The notes under the pieces: model-generated
The model's input: the letters and a program-made list of their open reading frames with translations, nothing else
Told to the model about the DNA's origin: nothing
The model's database searches: none
Program-made: the position numbers and the translations under genes
From: an uncultured Actinomycetota bacterium
GTDB taxonomy: Bacteria > Actinomycetota > Actinomycetes > Propionibacteriales > Nocardioidaceae
Assembly: GCA_963825985.1 (NCBI GenBank)
Contig: CAWGVK010000014.1
Location: forward strand, 21,334 to 85,333
DNA: 64,000 nt
Reading direction: 5' to 3'
In this document: piece after piece, positions 41,306 to 53,300 of the stretch
Numbering within the stretch: the first letter of the stretch is position 1
Layout of the letters: the number at the start of each line of letters is the position of its first letter

Positions 41306-44300
41306 CGGTCGAGCGTACGGCTCCGCCTGCGCAGCAGGAGAAGCAGACCGGCCGCGACCAGTCCGAGGCCCAACGCCAGCATCCACGGCTCGACCTCGGC
41401 GCCGGTGCCGGGCAGGTCGATGCCGCCGTCGTCGGGGGGCTCGAAGTCGTCACCGTCGCCGTCGTCGGTGTCGACGTCGACCACGACCGTGTCGTCGTTG
41501 CCGGTGACGTCGGCGCCGCCGGGTGCGGTGGCGCCGACCGTGGCCTCGTTGGTGACCTCGCCGTCGGCGACGTCGGCGGCGGTGATCGTGTACGGGTCGG
41601 CGACGCAGGTGATGCGCGCGCCGGGCTGCAGGGTGCCGCCGGGGCAGCTGATGTCGACGCCGGCCTCGTCGAGCATCGGGTCGTCGACCTCGACGTCGGC
41701 GAGCTGCTCGCCACCGGAGTTGGTCACCACGAACTCGTAGACCACCTGGTCGCCGGCGCCGGTGCGACCGTCGTCGTCGACGTCGACCACCCGGCGGACG
41801 CGCTTGTCGAGCTCCAGGAGGGCCGTGCTCGACGGCATCTCCGTGACCGTCGAGTCGGCGGGCGACTCGACCGCGTCGAGCGACGGGTCGAGACCGACCG
41901 CGGTGGCCACGTTGACCACCGCGCCCGAGGCGGCGACGGCGCGGGTGATCGTGTACGACGCCGTGCACGTGGTCGAGGCGCCCACGGCCAGCGTGGTGAC
42001 CGGGCAGTCGACCGGGCCGACCAGCGGGTCGTCGACGCCGACGCCGGTGAGCGTCACCGGACCGGTGTTGGTGACCACGAACGAGTAGTCGATGGTGTCG
42101 CCCGCGTCGATCACCCCGTCACCGTTGGCGTCGACCGGCGGCCCGGCCCGCTTGTCGAGGGCGATGGACGGTTCGCCGACGCCGTCGATCGGCGTGGTGT
42201 CGACGTCGACGTCGGTGACGTCGGGGCCGGACGGCGGGGTGCCGGTCGCGGTCGCGGGGTTGACGACCTGGCCGGCGTCGATGTCGGCCTGCGTGAGCGG
42301 GTAGGTGACCGTGCACGTCGTGGACTCACCGGGCGCGAGGGTGGTGGTCGGGCAGACGACCGTGCCGGGCAGCCCGTCGACCACGCCGACGTCGGTCAAC
42401 GTGACGCCACCGGTGTTGGTGACCAGGAAGCTGTAGGTGATCGTGTCGCCGGCGTCGATCACCCCGTTGCCGTTGGCGTCGACCGGCGGTGCCGCCGACT
42501 CGTCGAGGCTGATGCCGGGCGTCGCCGTCAGCGGCGTCGTCACGCTGTCGAGGTCGGTGACGTCGGGGCCGGACGGCGGGGTGCCGGTGGCCGTGCTCGG
42601 GTTGACCACCTGGCCGGCGTCGAGGTCGGCCTGCGTCAGCGGGTAGGTCACCGTGCAGACGGTCGAGGCACCCGGCGCGAGCGTGGTGGTCGGGCAGACC
42701 ACCGTGCCGGGCAGCCCGTCGACCACGCCGACGTCGGTGAGCGTGACGCCGCCGGTGTTGGTGACCACGAAGCTGTAGTCGATCGTGTCACCGGCGTCGA
42801 GGGTGCCGTTGCCGTTGAAGTCGAACGGCGGTGCCGCAGCCTCGTCCAGGTCGATCGAGGCGTTGGCGTCGACCGGAGTGGTGACGGTGTCAGTGTCGCT
42901 GACGTCGGGGCCGGACGGCGGGGTGCCGGTCGCGGTGCTCGGGTTGACCACCTCACCGGCGTCGACGTCGGCCTGGGTCAGCGTGTAGGTGACGGTGCAG
43001 GTCGTGCTCGCGCCGGGGGCCAGCGTCGTGAGGGGGCAGTCGACGGTGCCGGGAAGGCCGTCGACGACACCCACTCCGGTCAGCGTCACGTCGCCGTCGT
43101 TGGTGACCACGAACTCGTAGTCGATGGTGTCGCCGGCGTCGATGACCCCGTTGCCGTTGAAGTCGAACGGCGGTGCGGCGGTCTCGACCAGGTCGATCGA
43201 CGGGGCAGTCTGCAGCGGGGTCGCGGTGCTGTCGGGCGGCGAGGAGATGACGGTGCCGCTGGGCGCCGTCCCGACGGCGGCGGCGGTGTTGCCGACCGAG
43301 CCGGCGTCGACGTCGGCCTGGGTGATCGTGTAGACGGCGGTGCAGGTGAGGGTGCCACCCGGCGGGACCGTCGTGGCCGGGCCGCACGCGACGGCGCCGA
43401 CCTTCGGGTCGGTGACCCCGACCGACGACAGCGGGACGTTGCCGCTGTTGGTGATCGCGAAGGTGTAGGTGATGGTGTCGCCGCGCTCGGCCCGTCCGTC
43501 GCCGTCGGCGTCGGTGGGCGTGCCGGCGGTCTTGTCGATCTCGAGCAGCTCGACGACGTCGGTCGCCGTCGAGGTGCTGTCGGGGTCGGACTCGACCGCG
43601 GGGCCGGTCGGCGGGGTGCCGAGCGCGGTCGCGGTGTTGTCGACCGTGCCGGCGTTCACGTCGTCCTGGGTGATCGTGTAGACGGCGGTGCAGGTGGCCT
43701 CGGCGTCGGGCGCGAGGGTGGCGGCACAGGTCACTGGGCCGACCAGCGGGTCGTCGACGGTGACGTCGGCGAGAGTCACCGCGCCGGTGTTCGCGACCTC
43801 GAAGGTGTACTCGATCGTGTCGCCGATGTCGACCAGCCCGTTGGTGTTGACGTCGACCGGAACGCCCGCGGTCTTGTCGATCGTGAGCGTCGCCGCCGTC
43901 GAGGTCGGCGTCGTGGTGCTGTCGGGCAGCGAGACGACGCCGGTGCCGTTGGCCGCGGTGCCGGTGGCCGCGGCGCTGTTGTCGACCGAGCCGTCGTCGA
44001 CGTCCGCCTGGGTGATCGTGTACGTCGCGGTGCACGTGGTCGTGTCGCCGGGCAGCACCGTGGTCACCGGGCAGTCGACCGCGGCCAGCAGGGCGTCGTC
44101 GATCGCGAGCAGGTTGACGGTCACCGCGCCGGTGTTGGTCACCACGAAGCTGTAGGCGATCGTGTCGCCCGCCTCGATCCGGCCGTCGCCGTCGACGTCG
44201 GACGGCGGGGCCGCCTGCTTGTCGAGGGTGAGGGCCGACGGCGCCGCCAGCGGGGTGCTGGTGGTGTCGGGGTCGGAGGCGATCTCGGGGCCGGTCGGCG

Positions 44301-47300
44301 GGTCGCCGGTGGCGGTCGCGGAGTTGTCGACCGAGCCGGCGTCGACGTCGTCCTGGGTGATCGTGTAGCTCGTCGAGCAGGTCACGACGTCACCCGGCTC
44401 GAGGGTGGTCTCGGGGCAGGTCACAGCACCCACCAGCGGGTCGACGACGGTGACGTCGTCGAGCGTGACGGCGCCGGTGTTCTCGACCACGAACGTGTAG
44501 GCGATCGTGTCGCCGGCGTCGAGGCGGCCGCTGCCGTTGGTGTCGGCCGGCGCGCCGGCGGCCTTGTCGATCGTCAGCTCGCGGGCCTCGGACGTCGGCG
44601 TGGTCGTCGAGTCGGGCACCGAGGTGACCGGCTGGCCGGCCGGACCGACCCCGGTGGCGGTCGCGGTGTTCACGACCGAGCCGGCGTCGACGTCGGCCTG
44701 GGTGATCGTGTAGACCGCCGTGCAGTCGACGAACTCGGTGGGAAGCAGGGTCTCCGAGCAGCTGACCGGGCCGACCTTGGGGTCGTTGACGCCCACCAGG
44801 TCGAGCGTCTGCGCGCCGCCGTTGGTGACCCGGAAGGTGTAGGGGATGGTGTCGCCGGCGTCGACCCGGCCGTTGGCGTTCGCGTCGACCGGCGTGCCGG
44901 CCACCTTGTCGATGACCAGGGTGCGCGCGGTCGACGTCGGGGTGGACGTCGTGTCGGCGAGCGAGGTGATCGCGGGGCCGGTCGGCGGAACGCCGGACGC
45001 GGTGGCGATGTTGTCGACCCGAGCCGAGGTCGACGTCGTCCTGGGTGATCGTGTACGACGCCGTGCACAGGGTCGACCGGCCCGGGTCGAGCGCGGTGCT
45101 CGGGCAGGCCACCACCCCGACCTTCGCGTCGTTGACGACCAAGTCGGTCAGGCTCACGTCGCCGTTGTTGGTGACCAGGAACGTGTACGGGATGGTGTCG
45201 CCCGCGTCGACCCGCCCGTTGCCGTTGTTGTTGACGGGTGTGCCGGCGACCTTGTCGACGGAGATCGCGCTGGTGGCCGAGGTCGAGGTCGAGGTCATGT
45301 CGCCGGGCGAGGTCACCGGTGGACCGGTGGGCGGCGTGCCGGTGGCGGTCGCGGTGTTGACGACGGAGCCGCCGTTCACGTCGGCCTGGGTGATCGTGTA
45401 GCTGGCGGTGCAGGTGGTGACCTGTCCGGGCACCAGGGTGGTGGTCGGGCACGAGACCGCGCCGACCTTCGCGTCGTTCACGCCGACCAGGCTCAGGCTG
45501 ACCGTGCCGGTGTTGGTGATGACGAACGTGTAGGGGATGGTGTCGCCCGCGGTGACGCGGCCGTTGCCGTCGCTGTCGACGACGCCGCCTGCCTGCTTGT
45601 CGACGCTCAGCCCGGGCTCCTGCGAGGTGGGCGTGCTGGTGGTGTCGGGGGCCGAGGTGACCGCGGGGCCGGTCGGCGGCGTGCCGGACGCCGTGGCGGT
45701 GTTGTCGACCGAGCCGCCGTCGACGTCGGCCTGGATGACCGTGTAGGTCGCGGTGCAGGAGACGCTCTGGCCCGGGCTCAGCGTCGTGCCGGGGCACGAC
45801 ACGACGCCGACCTTGGCGTCGTCCACGGTGACGCCGGTGAGGGTCTGGGCGCCGGTGTTGGCGACCACGAAGCCGTAGTCGACGGTGTCGCCGGCGTCGA
45901 CGAGGCCGTTGCCGTTGACGTCGTCCTGGCCGGTGACCTGCTTGTCGATGGTCAGGCTGGTGAGGGTGGAGGTCGGCGTCGACGTGGAGTCGGGGGTCGA
46001 GGTCACGTCGGCGCCGGTGGGCGGCGTGCCGGACGCCGTGGCGGTGTTGGCCACCGAGCCCTGGTTCACGTCGTCCTGGGTGATCACGTACGTCACGGTG
46101 CACACGACCGTCGCGTCGGGCTGGACCGTGGTCGTCGCGCAGGAGACCGGGCCGGTCAGCGGGTCGTCGACCGTGACGTCGGTGAGCGTGGTCGTGCCGG
46201 TGTTGGTGACCGCGAAGCTGTAGGCGATGGTGTCGCCGGCGTCGACCCGGCCGTTGGCGTTGACGTCGACCGGGGTCGCCGCGGTCTTGTCGAGGGCGAT
46301 CGAGCGCTGGTCGGTGGTCGGTGTCGTCACCGTGTCGGGAGGCGAGGTGACGTCGGGCCCGGTGGGCGGGGTGCCGGTGACGGTGGCGGTGTTGACCACC
46401 GAGCCACTGTTCGCGTCGGCCTGGGTGATCGTGTACGTCGCGGTGCAGACGAGGGTCTGGCCCGGCTCCAGCGGCGTGGCCGGGCAGGTGACGACGGCGA
46501 CCTCGGCGTCGTCGACGGTGACCCCGGTCAGCGTGACCGCTCCGGTGTTGGTGACCGTGAACGTGTACGGGATGGTGTCGCCGGCGTCGACCCGGCCGTC
46601 GGCGTCGACGTCGTCGGGAGTGCCGGCGGCCTTGTCGACGGTGAGGGTCGCGATGGTCGAGGTCGGCGTGCTGGTGCTGTCGGGCTCCGACTCGGCGGCC
46701 GGGCCGGTGGGAGGGGTGCCCGACGCGGTCGCGGTGTTGTCGACCGACCCGCTGTTGACGTCGGCCTGGGTGACCTCGTAGGTCGCGGTGCAGGTCGTGG
46801 ACGCACCGGGCGCGAGCGTGGTCGCGCCGCAGGCGGGCGCGGGCACGAGGGAGTCGTCGATGGCGACGCTGGTCAGGGTGACCGCGCCGGTGTTGGTCAC
46901 CAGGAACGAGAACGGGATGGTGTCGCCGGCATCGACCCGGCCGTTGCCGTTGACGTCGGCCGGCTCACCGGCGGACTTGTCCAGGGTGATGGTGGCGATG
47001 GTCGAGGTGGGCGTGGTCGTGGTGTCGGACGGCGACGTGACGGCGGGGCCGCTCGGCGGGGTGCCCGAGGCGGTGGCCGTGTTGATGACGCTGCCGCTGT
47101 CCACGTCGGCCTGGCTGATCGGGTACGTCGCGGTGCAGGTGACGCCCGCCCCCGGGGCGAGCGTCGTGGTCGAGCACGTGACCGGGCCGACCTTCACGTC
47201 GTCGACGGTGACGCCGGTCAGCGTCTGGGCGCCGGTGTTGGCGACCAGGAACGAGTAGTCGATCGTGTCGCCGGCGTCGACGCGGCCGTTGCCGTTGACG

Positions 47301-50300
47301 TCGTCCTGACCGGCGACCTGCTTGTCGATGCTCAGACCGGTCAGCGTCGAGGTCGGCGTGAGGTGGAGTCCGGCGCCGAGGACACCGCGGCCCCGGTCGG
47401 CGGCAGCCCACTGGCCGTGGCGGTGTTGGCCACGCTGCCGGCGTCCACGTCGGTCTGCGTGATCGTGTACGACGCCGTGCAGGTCACCGACGCCCCGGGC
47501 GCCAGCGTCGTCGGGTCGCAGGTCGCACCACCCGTCCTGGCGTCGGCGATCGCCACCCCGGTCAGCGTCACGGCACCCGTGTTGGTGACCACGAAGCTGT
47601 AGCCGATCGTGTCGCCGGCATCGACCCGGTCGCTGTCGTTGACGTCGATCGGGATGCCGGCCTGCTTGTCCAGCGCGACCGTGGCGACCGTCGAGGTCGG
47701 CGTCGTGGTGGTGTCGGGCAGCGAGACGACGACCGGCCCGGTCGGCGGCGTGCCCGACGCGACCGCGGTGTTGTCGACCGAGCCGCCGTCGACGTCGTCC
47801 TGGGTGATGGTGTGCGACGCCGTGCAGGTGGTGCTCGCGCCCGGTGCCAGCGGCGCGACCGGGCAGGACACCGTGTCGACCTTCGCGTCGGCGATGCCGA
47901 TCGAGCCGAGCGTGACGGCTCCGGTGTTGGTGACCACGAAGCTGTAGCCGATCGTGTCGCCGGCGTCGACCCGGCCGTCGGCGTCGACGTCGACCGGAGT
48001 GCCCGCCTGCTTGTCGAGCACGATCGTCGAGTCACCCGAGGTCGACGTCGACGTGGAGTCCGGCAGCGAGTCGACCGCGGGCCCGGTGGGCGGGGTGCCC
48101 GACGCGGTCGCGGTGTTGTCGACCGAGCCGCCGTCGACGTCGTCCTGGGTGATCGTGTACGACGCCGTGCACGTCATGCCCGCACCCGGCTGCATGACGC
48201 CGCCCGGGCACGCGACGGTGCCGACCTTGGCGTCGGTGATCGCGACCGCCGAGAGCGTGACCGCTCCGGTGTTGGTGACCACGAAGCTGTAGGCGATCGT
48301 GTCGCCGGCGTCGACGCGGCCGTTGCCGTTGACGTCGGCGGGCGTGCCGGCGGACTTGTCGACGGTGAGGCTCGCGACCTGGCTGGTCACCGTGGTGGTC
48401 GTGTCGGGAGCCGACGTGACAGCCGGGCCGGTCGGCGGGGTGCCGGAGGCGGTGGCGGTGTTGACGACCGAGCCGGAGTTCACGTCGGCCTGGGTGATCG
48501 CGTAGGTCGCCGTGCACGTCACCGACGCACCGGGCGCCAGGGTGGTCGGGTCACAGGCGACCGGCCCGGTCTTCGGGTCGTCCACGACGACCCCGGTCAG
48601 CGTCTGGGCGCCGGTGTTGGTGACCACGAAGCCGTAGCCGATGGTGTCGCCGGCGTCGACCCTGCCGTTGCCGTTCACGTCGACCGGCGTGCTCGCCTGC
48701 TTGTCCACCGTGATCGTCTGCAGGGTCGAGGTCGCGGTCACCGTCGAGTCCGGCGCCGACGTCACCGCAGCCCCGGTCGGCGGCAGCCCGCTCGCGGTGG
48801 CGGTGTTGGCCACCGAGCCGGCATCCACGTCAGCCTGGGTGATCGTGTACGACGCCGTGCACGTCACGCTCTCCCCCGGCGCCACCGTCGTCGGGTCACA
48901 GGCCGCGCCACCGGTCAGCGAGTCGGCGATCGCCACCCCGCTCAACGTCACCGCACCGGTGTTGGTGACCACGAACTCGTAGCCGATCGTGTCACCCGCA
49001 TCGACCCGGCCGTTGCCGTTCACGTCGACCGGCGTGCCCGCCTGCTTGTCCAGCCCCGCCGTCGCCACGGTGCTGGTCGGCGTGGTCGTCGTGTCGGGCA
49101 AGGACGTCACCGCCGGGCCGGTCGGCGGGGTGCCCGACGCCGTCGCCGAGTTGTCCACCGAGCCACCGTCGACGTCGTCCTGCGTGATCTCGTACGACGC
49201 CGTGCACGTCGTGCTGGCACCGGGCTCGAGCGTGGTTGCCGGGCAGGTGACCGTGCCGACCTTGGGGTCGGCCACGGCGACGTCGGTGAGCGTGCGCGCG
49301 CCGGCGTTGGTGACCAGGAAGCTGTAGGCGATGGTGTCGCCGGCGTCGACCCGGCCGTTGGTGTTGACGTCGGCCGGGGTTCCGGCCGTCTTGTCGACGG
49401 TGATCGTGGTGAGCGTCGAGGTGGGTGTCGTCGTCGTGTCGGGGTCGGCCGTGATCGGGCCGCCGGTCGGCGGGGTGCCCGAGGCGGTCGCGGAGTTGTC
49501 GACCGAGCCGGCGTTCACGTCGGCCTGGGTCACGGTGTACGTCGCCGTGCAGGTGATGCTCGCCCCCGGCTGCAACGTCGAGGCCGGGCAGGTGACCGTG
49601 CCGACCTTCGGGTCGGCGACCTCGACCGAGGTCAGGGTCTGCGCGCCGGTGTTGGTGACCACGAAGCTGTAGTCGATCGTGTCGCCGGCGTCGACGCGTC
49701 CGTTGTCGTTGACGTCGACGGGAGCCGCGGCCTCCTTGTCGATCGTCAGGGAGCGCTCCGTCGACGTGGCCGTCGACGTCGTGTCGGGCGTGCTGGTGAT
49801 GATCGTGCCGTTCGGCGTGGTCGCCCTACCGGTCGCGGAGTTGGCGACGGTGCCGGAGTTCACGTCGTCCTGGGTGATCGTGTAGGTCACGCCGCACGTC
49901 GTGTCGTCGCCCGGAGCCAGGGTGGTGTCGTCGCACACGACGGTCCCGACCTTGGGGTCGATCACCCCCACCAGGCTCAGGGTGAGGGCTCCGGTGTTCT
50001 CGATGTCGAAGCTGTAGGCGATGGTGTCGCCTGCGTCGACCCGGCCGTTGGTGTTGACGTCGAGCGGTGTTCCCGCGGTCTTGTCGATCGTCAGCGTGGC
50101 GACCGCCGAGGTCGGCGTCGTCGTGGTGTCGATGTTCGACTGCACGACCGGGCCCGTCGGCGGTGTGCCGCTCGCTCGGGCGGTGTTGTCGACCGATCCG
50201 GCGTCGACGTCGGCCTGCGTGACCGTGTAGGTCGTGGCGCAGGTGACGCTCTCGTCGGGTGCGAGGGTGGTGGGGTCGCAGGTGACCGAGCCGACCTTCG

Positions 50301-53300
50301 GGTCGGCGATCGCGATGCCGGTCAGGGTGACGGTCCCGGTGTTGGTGACCACGAAGTCGTAGGCGATCGTGTCGCCGGCGTCGACCCGGCCGTTGCCGTT
50401 GACGTCGTCCTGGCCGGTGACCTGCTTGTCGAGCAGGAGGCCGCTGTCGGCCGACGTCGGAGTGGTCGTCGTGTCGGCCGTCGAGGTGACCGTGCCGCCG
50501 TCCGGTGTGGTGCCCGAGGAGGTGGCGGTGTTGATCACCGAGCCGGCGTCGACGTCGGCCTGGGTGATCGTGTACGACGCGGTGCAGGTGACGGCGGCGC
50601 CGGGAACGAGGTCGGTCGGGCTGCAGGTCACCGGGCCGACCAGGGGGTCGGTGACAGCGACGTCGGTGAGGTCCTGCGCGCCGGTGTTGGTGACCACGAA
50701 CGAGTAGGAGATGGTGTCGCCGGCGTCGACCTGGTCGTTGTCGTTGACGTCGACCGGCGGCGCGGCCTGCTTGTCGAGGGCGATCGTCGAGACCGCGAGC
50801 ACCGGCGTCGTCGTCGAGTCGGGGTCGGAGGTGACGGCGCCGCCACCCGGCGCGGCGGCGTTGGCCGTGGCGGTGTTCTCGACCGAGCCGGCGTTCACGT
50901 CGGCCTGGCTGATCGGGTAGCTCGTCGTGCAGGTCACGGTGGCGCCCGGAGCCAGGGTGGTGGTGCCACAGGTGACCGGACCGACCTTGGGGTCGGTGAT
51001 CGCGAGACCGGTCACGGTCTGGGCCCCGGTGTTCGTGACCACGAACGTGTAGGCGATGGTGTCGCCGGCGTCGACGCGACCGTTGGCGTTGGCGTCGACG
51101 ACGGGCCCGGCCTGCTTGTCGAGGCTCACGGTGGCGATGGTCGAGGTGGGCGTGGTCGTGGTGTCCGGCGGTGAGGTCACCGTGGCTCCGCCTGGACTGC
51201 TGCCAGCTGCAGTGGCGGTGTTGTCGACCGAGCCGGCGTTCACGTCGGCCTGGGTGATCGAGTACGCCTTCGTGCAGGTCGTGCTCGCGCCCGGAGCCAG
51301 CGTCGTGGCGGGGCAGGTGACCGGCCCGACCTTGCCGTCGGTGATGCCGACCGCGGTCAGGGTGACGGCGCCGGTGTTGGTGACCACGAAGCTGTAGGCG
51401 ATCGTGTCGCCGGCATCGACCCGGCCGTTGGCGTTCACGTCGACCGGGGCGGCCGCCTGCTTGTCGACGGTGATCGTCGTGATCGTCGAGGTGGGAGTCG
51501 CCGTCGAGTCAGGAGCCGAGGCGACCGCCGGACCCGTGGGCGGGGTGCCCGTGGCGATGGCGGTGTTGGCCACCGAGCCGGCGTCGACGTCGGCCTGGGT
51601 GATCGTGTACGACGCCGTGCAGGTGACGCTCGCGCCGGGCGCGAGCGTGGACGGCGTGCAGGTGACCGGCCCGGTCTTCGGGTCGGCGACGCCGACCCCG
51701 GTCAGCGTCTGGGCTCCGGTGTTGGTGACCAGGAAGCTGTAGGCGATGGTGTCGCCCGCGTCGACCCGGCCGTTGGTGTTGACGTCGACCGGAGCCGCGG
51801 CCGTCTTGTCGAGGGACATCGTCGCCACGGTCGAGGTCGGCGTCGACGTCGAGTCGGGCGCCGAGGCGACAGCGGGGCCGGTCGGCGGGGTGCCGGACGC
51901 GGTAGCCGTGTTGTCGACCGAGCCGGCGTCCACGTCGGCCTGGGTGATCGTGTACGTCGCCGTGCAGGTCGTCGACGCACCGGGCGCCAGCGTGGTCGGC
52001 GGGCACGTGACCGGGCCGACCTTCGCGTCGGTCACGACCACGGCCGTGAGGGTCTGCGCGCCGGTGTTGGTGACCACGAACGAGTAGGCGATCGTGTCGC
52101 CCGCGTCGACCCGGCCGTTGGCGTTGACGTCGACCGGGGTCGCGGCCTGCTTGTCGAGCGTCAGCGCCCGGATCGTCGACGTCGGCGTCGACGTCGAGTC
52201 GGGCGCGGAGGTGACCGCGGGTCCGGTCGGCGGCGTGCCGTTCGCCGTCGCGGTGTTGTTGACCGAGCCGGCGTTCACGTCGGCCTGGGTGATCGCGTAC
52301 GACGCCGTGCAGGTCACCGAAGCACCGGGCGCCAGCGTCGTCGGCGCACACGTCACCGGGCCGGTCTTCGCGTCGGTGACGCCGACCGCGGTCAGCGTCC
52401 GCGCGCCGGTGTTGGTGACCACGAAGCTGTAGGCGATCGTGTCGCCGGCATCGACCCGCCCGTTGGTGTTCACGTCGACCGGGGTCGCGGCCGTCTTGTC
52501 GAGCGTCAGCGACGTCACGGTCGAGGTCGGCGTCGACGTCGAGTCGGGCGCCGAGGTGACGGCGGGTCCGGTCGGCGGCGTACCGGAGCCCGTCGCGGTG
52601 TTGTCGACCGAGCCGGCGTCCACGTCGGCCTGCGTGATCGTGTACGTCCTCGTGCAGGTGACGCTCGCGCCGGGCGCGAGCGTGGACGGCGTGCAGGTGA
52701 CCGGCCCGGTCTTCGGGTCGGTGACGCCGACCCCGGTCAGCGTCTGGGCTCCGGTGTTGGTGACCAGGAAGCTGTAGGCGATCGTGTCGCCGGCGTCGAC
52801 CCGGCCGTTGGCGTTGACGTCGACCGGAGCCGCGGCCGTCTTGTCGAGGGAGATCGTCGCCACGGTCGAGGTCGGCGTCGACGTCGAGTCGGGGGCCGAG
52901 GTCACCGCCGGACCGGTCGGCGGGGTGCCGGTGGCGGTGGCCGTGTTGTCGACCGAGCCGGAGTTCACGTCGGCCTGGGTGATCGCGTACGTCGCCGTGC
53001 AGGTGACGCTCGCGCCGGGCGCGAGCGTGGACGGCGTGCAGGTCACCGGCCCGATCTTCGGGTCGGTGACGCCGACCCCGGTCAGCGTCTGGGCTCCGGT
53101 GTTGGTGACCAGGAAGCTGTAGGCGATGGTGTCGCCGGCATCGACCCGCCCGTTGGTGTTGACGTCGACCGGAGTCGCCGCGGTCTTGTCGAGGGCGATC
53201 GAGCGCACGGTCGAGGTCGGCGTCGAGGTCGTGTCGGGGGCCGAGGTCACCGCCGGACCGGTCGGCGGGGTGCCGGTACGCGGTGGCGGTGTTGTCGACC

